This document shows, one piece after another, positions 18,760 through 28,983 of a stretch of 64,000 nucleotides of DNA; the stretch's first letter is position 1, and each line of letters opens with the position of its first letter. The DNA comes from Planctomycetota bacterium (GTDB lineage Bacteria; Planctomycetota; PLA2; JAEUHO01): NCBI GenBank assembly GCA_050248855.1, contig JBFWRP010000003.1:128001-192000 (forward strand). Reading direction: 5' to 3'. A model generated the notes under the pieces. That model was not told the origin of the DNA. It was given only the letters and a program-made list of their open reading frames with translations, and made no database searches. The translations under genes were made by a program, and so were the position numbers.

Positions 18760-19123
18760 TACCGTCCCCCGGTCCTGGCAGGCGCCGTGCCTGCAGACCG
18801 CTTGGAGTGGACAACCAAACTACGGACGGCCCCCCTGGGAAGGGGTGAAGCCGTGGGACGCCCTCCGGCAGGAGACCCGGTCAGCCGGCAACCTGCACCT
18901 TGGGGTGAGAGCGATCCCTCGACGCGGGTCACCCGCCGTCCGTGCTCGTGCTTGCTCGGGTCTTGGTCGTCGCCCCCCTCCCGTCCACATCCCCCTCGGC
19001 GGGGCGTGCGCAGGCGAGGTGTGTCCCGACCGCATGGGCCGCCTGCACGCCGGGCACTTGGAGCGTCCTGACGGAACAGCTGACCGGCGCGCATGCGCCG
19101 GGCGAGGTAGCGAAGGAGCAGAC

Positions 19124-22100
19124 ATGGACAATCGGAGCCGTTTCGGCCGTATGGGGTGGTGGTCGCGCGCCGTGGGCGCCTCGGTCCTCGTCCTGACGGC
19201 GACCGTCCTGCCGGCCTGTGGTGGGGGTGGTAGCGGTGGGTTCCAGGGTTCGACCCCCAGCCTCTCGCTGGGCAGCACCCTCTTGCCGCTCCTTGCCAGC
19301 GGCCAGCCCCTGGCCGGTGACGGGTACGCGCTGCCCATCCAGGGCGGCTGCGGCGGCCCCTACACCGTGCGCCTGATCAGTGGCCAGCTTCCGAGCGGTA
19401 TCTCGATCGACGATCGCCAGGCCAACATCGAGGGCCCGGGCGTGCCGGCGTCGCATCGCCACCACTTGGTCGGGACGGCCTTGGAGGACGGCAGCTTCTC
19501 CTTCCGCCTGGAGATCCTCGATCGCGGCTGCAAGCCCTCGGTCTCCATGGCCGCCGACTTCACGTGGAACGTGAGCCAGGGCGGCGTCACCATCGTCGAT
19601 GCCACCCCTCCGAGCATCCCGGTCGCGCTCTACAACGACCCGTTCAAGTACAACGACGTGGACGCGCTCGACAAGACCGTCTACGGTGACTTCACCAGCA
19701 TCACGTTCGTCGTGGCTGGCGGCGTCGGCCCGTACACCTGCGCGATCATCGATGACCCGACGGACCCGGACGATGACAGCGGGCTCCCCTTCGGCGTCGT
19801 GATGCCGCCCGCGTCCTGCAGCATCGTGGGATCGCCCCAGCAGGTCGGTGACGGAGGCAAGCCCTTCCGCTTCACGGTCCGCGCCATGGACTCGGTCGGG
19901 CAGACCGCCACGCGCAAGTTCCAGTGGAAGATCGACACCCCGCCCATGATCGTGGGCTCGGCCGACATCACGGACGGCACGGCTGGGTCTCCCTACGGCG
20001 ACGCGATCCAGATCGTCGACGGTGTGCCGCCGTTCAAGTTCGAGCTGACCGCGGACCTGCCGACGGACCTCGACAACACGAGCGCGGCGTGGGTCTACAA
20101 CCCGCCCGCGGCGCCGACCTTCCCGTCGCTCAGCGGCTTCACCGTGGCGCCCACGGGCGAGGCGGCCAACAAGCTCACGGCCGCCAGCTACCCCGCACCG
20201 GCCGCGCTTGGCCCCTACTACCCCGCGCCCCCCGAGGGCCTCTTCATCGTCGAGGACGGCGGCCAGGCCGGATCGCTGACGGGCGTGCCGCGTCGCTTCG
20301 GCTCGTTCACGATCAACGTGCACGCCTACAGCGCGACGGTCCCCAACGAGCGCGGCCAGCACGCGTTCGCCCAGTTCGGCTTCGACATCGCCCCCGGTGT
20401 GCCGCTGGCCATGGTGGACACGTTCGTCGTCGATGGCAACGGGAGCAACACCTTCCTGGCGCCTACTCCCGACGGCGTGGCGACACTTCCCGAGTTCGAG
20501 GTGCTGCAGCCGCGCACCACGCAGATGGTGGCGGAGGGCGGCGTGCCGTTTGACGGCTACACCGACGCCCCGCACGCCAGCCAGCGCTCGATCGACTTCG
20601 GCGAGGTCGCAGGCACCTACGACTGGTCCGTCAGCAGCTGGGACAGCCGCGGCGAAGGCTGGCACCCCGGAAACGTGCCCCCGGGTCGCCCGACGGGCAT
20701 CAACGCGGACATCACCGGCCGCATCTTCACGACCAGCGGCGGCGTGGACCTCCAGCGTCAGGGGCGCCAGGTGATCGAAGTGACGGTCAGCGACCGTCGC
20801 CTGCCGGCCCCGCAGACGGACGTGCACGAGATGGCCCTTTCCGTGGGTCCCGACGTCCTGATCATCACCGAGAGCCGCCAGTCGTGCGTCATCACGACGG
20901 GCAGCACCTACGACAGCACGAGCCACAACGACTCCATGTTCATCAAGCGCATGCAGGTCGTCAACAACTCGGCCCAGGTGTCTCCGCTGGACGCGACCGA
21001 CCTCGCGACTTCGCACATCGTGCCGGCCGCGGCGAACCTGAACGCGTTGACCAACCCGCTGGGCCGGTTGCTCTCCGGCGTGGGCAAGCCCACGTACACG
21101 GGTACCGGCCGCGACGGCGCTGGCGCGGACATCCTGCGCGTGGTCGTCAATGCGACCGGCTGGTGGGACGACTCCTTCCAGCTCAACCCCCGCGCGGCGC
21201 GTGCGTTCTCCCACGCGGACGCCGACAAGTGCTACCTGGAGTACTACGGCGACTACTACACCTACGGCGCGCAGCCGGACGCCTCGGCGGTGGCCCTGCC
21301 GGACATCACGGACGGCGCCGTGGTGCACCAGCCCGGCCTCGGTGTGTACACCAACGGCGGCAAGCTCTACGCCTTCGAGAACGACAGCCACTTCGGCGTG
21401 TTCATCATCCGCGAGGACGGCAAGATCTACGTCCCGTTTGCCATGCAGAAGGGCACGTGGCAGGGCTTTGGCGACAACATCACCTCGACCCTGCAGGGAA
21501 CGGGCGCCGGCGCCCCGACCGACAGCCAGATGCGTACGATCAGCTTCGGCATCTCGCCCAACGGCCGCTTCGGCGTCATGAAGATCATGGCCAGCCCCAC
21601 CAACTACAACGAGACCGGCTCGCAGTCGCGCGTCGTGCTGCTCGACCTGGCGGGCGACAAGGCGTTCTCGGGCGACACGTACCGCTTGGTCGCCATGCCG
21701 ACCACGGCCGGCCGGATCATGGCGGACACGCTCACGCTGACCAACGAGTACCTCTACGGCATCCTCGACCGCTCCAACGGCGGCTACCCCTACGGCTGGC
21801 TGCAGAACAACGTCTGGCGTGAGTCCATCCTGGCGGGAACGGGCACGGCCAGCTTCGCGCCGGGCCTGCCCAGCAACACCGCGTCGACCTACCTGAGCCT
21901 GCCGTACCACAACTCGGGTACCTACACGTACCTGGGCGGTACGTGGAACGGCACGACGGTCTACACGACCTACTACACGTACTCGGGCGGCGACCACAAG
22001 AACATGTACGAGGACGGCACGGCGCCGATCCCCTTCCGCGTCAGCGCGGACGGCACGACCTGCGCGCTGATGTGCGGGCCCTACGACGGCGTGGTCCTGG

Positions 22101-23704
22101 GCACGACGCCGTTCATGTACCGCGCATACGTCGACAAGAACGGCGCGGGCTTCCAGCTTGCCTCGAGCACCAACCGGCGTGCACCGTACGGGGGCGCCCG
22201 GGCGCATCGACTGCGCTTCGGCACCGCGTACTACGGCTTGGCGGGCCTGGCCCAGTGGGGCAAGCACGAGGGCCCGAGCGGCAACCTCGAGCTGAGCGAT
22301 GACGGCAACCGGCTCGCTTACGGCGTGTCGGAAGCGGCCAACCTCAGCAGCGGGACCTACTACTCCACGTACCAAGTCTACTACAACCTCAACTGGCGCC
22401 TCGCCCGCATGAACGTGTGGGTCAGCTCGACGACCAACGGCTGGGCCTCGTACAGCGAGACCTCGCCGACGGCGACCTACTTCGGTGGATCGCACTACTG
22501 GCGGTTCGGCGGCCTGTCGTTCTCGCGCGACGGCGACCGGCTGTTCTTCTTCGGCGGGATCAGCCAGAAGGACGCGCAGAGCACCAGCGACACGTACGCG
22601 TACAGCACGGGCGTCTACAACGCGTCCGCGTGGGTGACCGGCACGTACTACATGTACGACTTCTCCAGCCCTGCGCAGGTGCGCTCGATCCTTCCGACGT
22701 CCGCGGGCGGCACGGGGTCGAACACCTACACGGGGTCGCAGCCCTTCAACCCGACCGCGGGCGCCCTCACGACCAACTGGGGCGTCGTGGCCCCGTACGG
22801 CGGCTTCTGGTCGCAGGACGGGCGCTTCCTGTACGTCAACACGGGTCACCCGATGACGTCGTCCGACGGCACGTGCCATCGCCTCATCGGCATCAACACG
22901 ACCGGAGCGGCGATCAACGGCAAGCAGGCCAACACGGGCTTCGAGGTGGGAAGCTGGCCGACCCAGCGAGGCCTCCTAAACAACTACTCGACGGGCGGGA
23001 TGTACTACGGCGGCATGCTGCCGTACCTGACGCCGGGTGGGTCGCACCAGCTGGCGCGCGTGAAGATGGCCGAGGACACCGGTGTGGTGTTCTTCGCCAG
23101 TCACAGCGGGCGCTACTCGGGTGCTCCGAGCACCAGCTACGGCGCCGTCCACACGCAGTACTACAGCAGCTCGTACTGCCTGGACGCCGGCCATGTGGAG
23201 TGCTTCGCCAGCAACGTGGGGGGGGACCTCCAACGCCTGACGCAGTTCTCCAACGACGGCACGCTCACCTCGCCCCGAGGCCGCGGCATCACCTTCATCG
23301 AGGTCACGGACGCAGGCGACCGCCTGGTCTTCATCTACAGCAACGGTGCATCGGGCGGCCCGAACGAGAACTACCGTTACGCCAGCAAGGAAGGTGTCTG
23401 CTACGTGTCCAACATCCAGCTGAACCCCGTCACGGGCCAGCTGGTCACCCGCACCCAGACCCTGCTCGAGGGCAACGAGGGCGGCGCCGGCCAGGTGGGC
23501 GGCTCGACCGGGCGCGCGGGCGGGTCCCTGGCGTTCGGCACGGACGGCCAGCGGGTGTTCTACTCCTTCGGCCCCAACGCCACGGACGAGAACCAGCGCA
23601 CCTTCGTCGGGCCCCGCGTCGACGGGGCCGGGCAGGTGGACGCAGCCACGACGACCCGCTACGGCACCGGGAACCGCGGCCTGATCCTGCACGCTGGCCG
23701 CTGA
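19124..23704 (+). CDS. Giant surface lipoprotein, array copy 3 (1526 aa)
   Basis: ATG after GAAGGAG; lipobox LPA-C-GGGG; most similar to copy 2. Confidence 0.85.
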   Translation: MDNRSRFGRMGWWSRAVGASVLVLTATVLPACGGGGSGGFQGSTPSLSLGSTLLPLLASGQPLAGDGYALPIQGGCGGPYTVRLISGQLPSGISIDDRQANIEGPGVPASHRHHLVGTALEDGSFSFRLEILDRGCKPSVSMAADFTWNVSQGGVTIVDATPPSIPVALYNDPFKYNDVDALDKTVYGDFTSITFVVAGGVGPYTCAIIDDPTDPDDDSGLPFGVVMPPASCSIVGSPQQVGDGGKPFRFTVRAMDSVGQTATRKFQWKIDTPPMIVGSADITDGTAGSPYGDAIQIVDGVPPFKFELTADLPTDLDNTSAAWVYNPPAAPTFPSLSGFTVAPTGEAANKLTAASYPAPAALGPYYPAPPEGLFIVEDGGQAGSLTGVPRRFGSFTINVHAYSATVPNERGQHAFAQFGFDIAPGVPLAMVDTFVVDGNGSNTFLAPTPDGVATLPEFEVLQPRTTQMVAEGGVPFDGYTDAPHASQRSIDFGEVAGTYDWSVSSWDSRGEGWHPGNVPPGRPTGINADITGRIFTTSGGVDLQRQGRQVIEVTVSDRRLPAPQTDVHEMALSVGPDVLIITESRQSCVITTGSTYDSTSHNDSMFIKRMQVVNNSAQVSPLDATDLATSHIVPAAANLNALTNPLGRLLSGVGKPTYTGTGRDGAGADILRVVVNATGWWDDSFQLNPRAARAFSHADADKCYLEYYGDYYTYGAQPDASAVALPDITDGAVVHQPGLGVYTNGGKLYAFENDSHFGVFIIREDGKIYVPFAMQKGTWQGFGDNITSTLQGTGAGAPTDSQMRTISFGISPNGRFGVMKIMASPTNYNETGSQSRVVLLDLAGDKAFSGDTYRLVAMPTTAGRIMADTLTLTNEYLYGILDRSNGGYPYGWLQNNVWRESILAGTGTASFAPGLPSNTASTYLSLPYHNSGTYTYLGGTWNGTTVYTTYYTYSGGDHKNMYEDGTAPIPFRVSADGTTCALMCGPYDGVVLGTTPFMYRAYVDKNGAGFQLASSTNRRAPYGGARAHRLRFGTAYYGLAGLAQWGKHEGPSGNLELSDDGNRLAYGVSEAANLSSGTYYSTYQVYYNLNWRLARMNVWVSSTTNGWASYSETSPTATYFGGSHYWRFGGLSFSRDGDRLFFFGGISQKDAQSTSDTYAYSTGVYNASAWVTGTYYMYDFSSPAQVRSILPTSAGGTGSNTYTGSQPFNPTAGALTTNWGVVAPYGGFWSQDGRFLYVNTGHPMTSSDGTCHRLIGINTTGAAINGKQANTGFEVGSWPTQRGLLNNYSTGGMYYGGMLPYLTPGGSHQLARVKMAEDTGVVFFASHSGRYSGAPSTSYGAVHTQYYSSSYCLDAGHVECFASNVGGDLQRLTQFSNDGTLTSPRGRGITFIEVTDAGDRLVFIYSNGASGGPNENYRYASKEGVCYVSNIQLNPVTGQLVTRTQTLLEGNEGGAGQVGGSTGRAGGSLAFGTDGQRVFYSFGPNATDENQRTFVGPRVDGAGQVDAATTTRYGTGNRGLILHAGR

Positions 23705-23733
23705 TCCAAGAGCCCCTACCGGGCCCCTCGCCC

Positions 23734-23773
23734 CGACCCCGGCCGGACCTCCGGCCGGGGTCGCTCACGTTTT
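23734..23773 (+). terminator. Intrinsic terminator after copy 3
   Basis: 13-bp stem CGACCCCGGCCGG/CCGGCCGGGGTCG, loop ACCT, then CTCACGTTTT. Confidence 0.75.
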
Positions 23774-23859
23774 GGCTCCGTGCGGATTCGCACGCGCTCG
23801 TGTCCCGATGGCTGTCCCAGGGGCGACGCTGGTAGCGCAGATACCGAGTAATGGGCTTG

Positions 23860-23893
23860 CTGGAAACTTGTGTGCCGTGGTACGTAGATTGCC
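23860..23893 (+). promoter_or_regulatory. sigma54 promoter of copy 4 with upstream CTGGAAAC box
   Basis: CTGGAAAC-N10-TGGTACG-TAGA-TTGC. Confidence 0.72.
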
Positions 23894-24177
23894 TGCCGGA
23901 GGGGCATGGCGGGGGCGCCGTGCCCCCTGACCGTGCGCGGAGAGCACACCCGAATCCCGAGTGACGGTCCCCCGAGGGGCCGACGCCCGTTCCCGGTGAA
24001 AGCCGGGCGCCCGCACGCCCCCTCCCAGCCCGTCCGACCTCGGTCGGTGAGCATCGCTGGGAGGTGTGCGCGACGCAGGCGTCTGATGCAGCTGGCCCTG
24101 GGAGCGGTGTGTCCTGTCAGCGGGCTGACGGCCACGTGGCAACGTGATTTCCAATCGAAGCGAGTGAAGGAGTCGAC

Positions 24178-27100
24178 ATGAGCTACCTGAAGACGCCGTC
24201 CGGAGGCCGCCTGCGTGGCCGCCCCGCTGGAGGGATCGCAAGCGTCCTCTTGGTCGCGGCTGCCTTGGCCGTCGTGCCTGCCTGCGGTGGGGGGGGCAGC
24301 GGGTTCACCGCGTCGACTCCGACGCTGTCGTTGTCCAGCAGCCTGCTGCCCCTGCTGAACTCGGGCGAGGCCCTGTCCGGTGACGGGTATGCCTTGCCCA
24401 TCGAGGGTGGCTGCGGCGGCCCGTACACGATCCGGCTCATCGGTGGCTCGCTCCCCGACGGGATCGAGATCGACGACCGCCAGATGGACATCGACGGTCC
24501 GGGCAACCCGGCCGAGGACCGACACCACCTGGTGGGCACGGCCCTGGAAGACGGCGTCTTCAGCTTTCGGCTCGAGATCCTCGACCGCGGGTGCAAGCCC
24601 TCCGCGTCGATGACCGCCGACTTCACCTGGAGCGTGACGCAGGGCAGCGTGGTCATCGTGGACGCGAACCCGGCCTCGATCCCGGTCGGCCTCTACGACG
24701 ACCCGCAGAAGTACCTCGACGTCGACGCGCTGGACAAGACGGTCTACGGCGACTTCACGAGCATCACGTTCGTCATCGCCGGCGGCGTGGGCCCCTACAC
24801 CTGCGCGATCATCGACGACCCGGCCGACCCGGACGACGACAACGGCCTGCCCTTCGGCGTGGTGATGCCGCCGGCCTCGTGCAGCATCGTCGGCTCGCCC
24901 CAGCAGGTGGGCGACGGTGGCAAGCCGTTCCGCTTCACGGTCCTGGCCACGGACAGCGTGGGCAACGACGCCGTACGCAAGTTCCAGTGGAAGATCGATA
25001 CCCCGCCCATGATCGTGGGGTCCACGAGCATCACCGACGGCCTGGTCGGCGAGCTCTATGGCGATGCCATCCAGATCGTTGACGGCGTGCCGCCCTTCAA
25101 GTTCGAGATGACGGCCGATCTGCCGACGGACCTCGACAACACGAGTGCGGCGTGGGTCTACGCGCCGCCGGCGGCCCCGACGTTCCCGTCGCTCAGCGGC
25201 TTCACGGTGGCCCCCACGGGCGAGGCCAGCAACAAGCTGTCGGCCGCCGACTACCCGGCTCCGGCCGCGCTCGGCCCCTACTACCCGGCGCCGCCCGAGG
25301 GTCTGTTCATCACGGAGGACGGCGGTCAGGCGGGCAGCCTGTCGGGCTACCCCCGCCGCTACGGCTCCTTCACCATCAACATCCACGCCTACAGCGCGAC
25401 CGTGCCCAACGAGCGCGGTCAACACGCCTTCGCGCAGTTCGACTTCGACGTCGCCCCGGGCGCGCCCATGCAGATGGTGGACACCTTCGTGGTCGACGGC
25501 GACGGGAGCAACTCCTTCCTGGCCAACACCAAGGACGGGGCTGCGACCCTGCCGGAGTTCGAGGTGCTGCAGCCGCGCACCACGCAGATGGTGGCCATCG
25601 GCGGCGCCCCGTTCGACGGCTTCACGGATGCCCCGCACGCCAGCCAGCGCCTGCTGGACCTGGGCGAGGTGGCTGGCACGTACGAGTGGTCGGTCAGCGA
25701 CTGGGACCCGCGTGGCATCGGCTGGCATCCGGGCAACGTCCCGGCGGGCCGCCCGACCGGCATCGACGCGGACATCACCGGCCGCATCTTCACGACGAAC
25801 AGCGGTCTGGACCTCCAGCGCCAGGGTCGGCAGGTGATCGAGGTCACCGTGGCCGACCAGCGCCTGCCCGTGGCGGGCAACGACGTGCACGAGATCGCCC
25901 TGTCGATCGGGCCGGACGTGCTGATCATCGCGGAGAGCAATCAGTCGTCGACCTCGACGACCGGCAGCAACACCGACAGCACGCCGCACGGCGACTCGAT
26001 GTTCATCAAGAAGATGCAGATCGTGAACAACGTGGCCCAGCGCTCTCCGCTGGACGGAACCGACATGGCCGCCACGCACGTGGTACCGGCCATCGCCAAC
26101 CTCAACGCCCTGTCCAACCCGCTCGGGCGCCTGATCTCGGGCGTCGGCAAGGCGACGTACACGGGCACCGGCCGCAATGCCGGAGCCAGTGACCTGATCC
26201 GGGTCAACGTCAACGCCACGGGCTGGTGGAACGACAGCTGGCAGCTCAACCCCAAGGCCGCTCGCTCGTTCATGCACGGCGACGCCACCAAGCCCTACTA
26301 CGAGTACTACGCCAACGAGTACTACAACTACTCGGCCTGCCCGGAGACCACCGCGGTGGCGCTCCCGAACATCGTGGACGGCAGCGTGGCCCACGATCCC
26401 AGCGCGGGCGTCTACACGGATGGCGGCAAGCTGCACTTCTTCGAGAACGACACGCACTTCGGCGTGTTCATCATCCGCGACGATGCGCGCATCTACGTGC
26501 CGTTCGCCATGCAGAAGGGAACGTGGCAGGGCTTCGGCGACTACTGCCAGTCCCCGCTCAACGGCACCGGCGCCGGCGCGAGCAGCTCGAGCCACATGCG
26601 GATGGCGCACATGGCCGTCTCGCCCAACGGACGCTTCGCCGCGTTCAAGATCATGAGCAGCCCCACGTACCTGTACGAGACCACGGGAACGTCGCGCACG
26701 GTCCTGATCGACCTGGCGGGCGACAAGTCGCTGGGCGGTGACACCTACCGCATCGTCGGCACGTCGTACTCCTCGGGCTACCTGATGGCGGACGCCATCA
26801 CGCTGACCAACGAGTACCTGTACCTGCTCGTGCAGCGCAGCGGGCTCAACTACGAGTTCGCCTGGCGCCAGCACAACATCTACCGCGAGTCGATCCTGGG
26901 CGGCACGGGCACGGCCCAGTTCGCGCCGGGGCTGCCCAGCAACGGCACCTCGTCGTACCTGAGCCTGCCGTACCACAACACGCCAACCAGCTACTACTCG
27001 ACGTCGTTCAACGGCTCGACGGTGTACTACAACTACTACTTCTACATGGGCGGCTGTTCGACCAACCGCACGGAGAACGACTCCGCGCCGATCCCCTTCC

Positions 27101-28767
27101 GGGTCAGTGCCGACGGCAGCTCCTGCCTCTTGGCAGCGGGAGCGTACAACGGTTCCACGACCGGCTCGAGCGTGCACGAGTTCTACGCCTGGGTCGACAA
27201 GAACGGCCAGGGCTTCCGCGTCGCCAGCACGACCGATCGCAAGATGCCCTATGGCGGTTCCGAAGCGCACCAGGCGCGCTGGGGTGCCGCGTACTACGCG
27301 TACGCCGGCCACGCCCAGTGGGGCAAGTACGAGGGGCCCTCGGGCAACCTGGAGATCAGCGACGACGGCAACCGCATCGCCTACGGCTTCAGCGAGGTCA
27401 GCTCGTTCAGTGGCTCGTACTACTCGTCCTACCGGACGTACTACTACTCCTCGTGGAACACCACCGGTATGAACGTGATGTCGGCGACCACGTCCAACGA
27501 CTGGGCTACCTTCAGCGAAACGGCCATCACCGCGCCGTACTTCACGGGCAGCCACGTCTGGCGCTTCGGCGGCCTCGCGTTCTCGCGCGATGGCGACCGG
27601 CTCTTCTTCTTCGGCGGCAAGAGCCAGCTCGAAGCCCAAGGCACGACCGACTACTACTACTGGACCACGTCCAACTACCGTTGCTCGGCCTACGTGACGG
27701 GCACGTACTACATGTTCGACTTCACCAACGCCTCGCAGGTCCGCTCGATGTTCTCGTCGAGTGACGGCGGCAACGGTTCGAACACGTATACGGCCTCCCA
27801 GCCGTTCAACCCCACCAATGCGGCCCGGTCAACCGCTTGGGGCCTGATCGCCCCGCGCGGCGGGTTCTGGTCGGCCAACGGGGACTTCCTGTACATCTGC
27901 ACCGAGCACCCCTTCTCGTCGTCGGACCCGACGACGTTCCGGATGGTCGGCATCAACACCACGACGGCGACGGTCAACGGGCATGGCGCCAGCACGGGGT
28001 TCGCCATCGCCAACTGGCCGAACCGTCGCGGCTTCCTGACCGGCAACACGAACATCGTCGGCTACTACGGCGCCATGTACACCTACAACGGCCCGTACGG
28101 CGTACAGTCCCTGGCGCGGATCAAGATGGCGGAGGACACGGGTGTCGTGTTCTTCGGCAGCCACGGTCAGCGCTACACCTACAACACGAGCACGAGCTAT
28201 CCCAACGTGTACCAGGTGGCCTACGCCAGCAGCTATGCCCTGGATGCCGGGCACATCGAGTGCTTCTCGTCCAACGTGGGCGGGGCGTTGCAGCGACTGA
28301 CGCCGTTCACCAACGACGGGTCGATCACGTCGGCCCGTGGCCGCAACCTGCAGTTCATCGAGGTGAACGAGGCGGGCGATCGTCTGATCTTCCACTACAA
28401 CACCGGCAACACGGGCGGCACCAGCGAGTACCTCAACAACCTGAGCAAGGAGGGTGTGGGGTACATCTCCGACATCCAGCTCCATCCCATGACGGGCGCG
28501 CTCCTGAGCAGCTCGTTCGCGATGCTGGAAGGGACCACGGGTAGCCAGACGGGCCAGGTGGGCTCCAGCCAGGGCCGGGCCGGTGGCTCCGTGGCCTTCG
28601 GCACCGATGGCCAGCGCGTCTACTACTCGTTCGGGCCCAACGCCAGCAACGAGAACGCGCGCTTCGTCGTGGCCCCGCGCATCGACGGCGACGGCAACGT
28701 GGACGGGTCCACCACGACCCGCTTCGGCACCGGCTCGCGCGACGCAATCCTCCACGCCAGCCGCTAG
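24178..28767 (+). CDS. Giant surface lipoprotein, array copy 4 (1529 aa)
   Basis: ATG after GAAGGAG; lipobox VPA-C-GGGG; most similar to copy 5. Confidence 0.85.
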   Translation: MSYLKTPSGGRLRGRPAGGIASVLLVAAALAVVPACGGGGSGFTASTPTLSLSSSLLPLLNSGEALSGDGYALPIEGGCGGPYTIRLIGGSLPDGIEIDDRQMDIDGPGNPAEDRHHLVGTALEDGVFSFRLEILDRGCKPSASMTADFTWSVTQGSVVIVDANPASIPVGLYDDPQKYLDVDALDKTVYGDFTSITFVIAGGVGPYTCAIIDDPADPDDDNGLPFGVVMPPASCSIVGSPQQVGDGGKPFRFTVLATDSVGNDAVRKFQWKIDTPPMIVGSTSITDGLVGELYGDAIQIVDGVPPFKFEMTADLPTDLDNTSAAWVYAPPAAPTFPSLSGFTVAPTGEASNKLSAADYPAPAALGPYYPAPPEGLFITEDGGQAGSLSGYPRRYGSFTINIHAYSATVPNERGQHAFAQFDFDVAPGAPMQMVDTFVVDGDGSNSFLANTKDGAATLPEFEVLQPRTTQMVAIGGAPFDGFTDAPHASQRLLDLGEVAGTYEWSVSDWDPRGIGWHPGNVPAGRPTGIDADITGRIFTTNSGLDLQRQGRQVIEVTVADQRLPVAGNDVHEIALSIGPDVLIIAESNQSSTSTTGSNTDSTPHGDSMFIKKMQIVNNVAQRSPLDGTDMAATHVVPAIANLNALSNPLGRLISGVGKATYTGTGRNAGASDLIRVNVNATGWWNDSWQLNPKAARSFMHGDATKPYYEYYANEYYNYSACPETTAVALPNIVDGSVAHDPSAGVYTDGGKLHFFENDTHFGVFIIRDDARIYVPFAMQKGTWQGFGDYCQSPLNGTGAGASSSSHMRMAHMAVSPNGRFAAFKIMSSPTYLYETTGTSRTVLIDLAGDKSLGGDTYRIVGTSYSSGYLMADAITLTNEYLYLLVQRSGLNYEFAWRQHNIYRESILGGTGTAQFAPGLPSNGTSSYLSLPYHNTPTSYYSTSFNGSTVYYNYYFYMGGCSTNRTENDSAPIPFRVSADGSSCLLAAGAYNGSTTGSSVHEFYAWVDKNGQGFRVASTTDRKMPYGGSEAHQARWGAAYYAYAGHAQWGKYEGPSGNLEISDDGNRIAYGFSEVSSFSGSYYSSYRTYYYSSWNTTGMNVMSATTSNDWATFSETAITAPYFTGSHVWRFGGLAFSRDGDRLFFFGGKSQLEAQGTTDYYYWTTSNYRCSAYVTGTYYMFDFTNASQVRSMFSSSDGGNGSNTYTASQPFNPTNAARSTAWGLIAPRGGFWSANGDFLYICTEHPFSSSDPTTFRMVGINTTTATVNGHGASTGFAIANWPNRRGFLTGNTNIVGYYGAMYTYNGPYGVQSLARIKMAEDTGVVFFGSHGQRYTYNTSTSYPNVYQVAYASSYALDAGHIECFSSNVGGALQRLTPFTNDGSITSARGRNLQFIEVNEAGDRLIFHYNTGNTGGTSEYLNNLSKEGVGYISDIQLHPMTGALLSSSFAMLEGTTGSQTGQVGSSQGRAGGSVAFGTDGQRVYYSFGPNASNENARFVVAPRIDGDGNVDGSTTTRFGTGSRDAILHASR

Positions 28768-28792
28768 CCACCCCTGCCTTTCAGGCAGGCCT

Positions 28793-28837
28793 GACCGGCC
28801 CCGCCTTGGACCACCAGGGCGGGGCGGGTCTCGTTTT
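28793..28837 (+). terminator. Intrinsic terminator after copy 4
   Basis: GACCGGCCCCGCCTTGG-ACCA-CCAGGGCGGGGCGGGTC imperfect stem, then TCGTTTT. Confidence 0.7.
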
Positions 28838-28983
28838 GTCCCCCCATCAGTTCCTCGCCGAGGCGCGCCGGGACCGGGGCGAGCGGTTTCGCACGATTTG
28901 ACGGTCCCGGAGCACCGGATGGACGGGGCGATGGCACGCTCCGATGCCTGTATTGGCAAGAAAGTAGCCGATTTCAGGCACAT

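Noticed and set aside
18836..19060. Cobalamin, SAM or c-di-GMP-II riboswitch in the copy-3 leader (GGGAAG, CAGGAGACC, CCGGCAACC, GGGCACTT fragments)
   Set aside because: Only scattered fragments in the wrong order or spacing; core elements of each class are missing and no biological link is evident.
28932..28947. Second sigma54 site upstream of copy 5 (TGGCACGCTCCGATGC)
   Set aside because: GG to GC spacing is 11, not the required 10.
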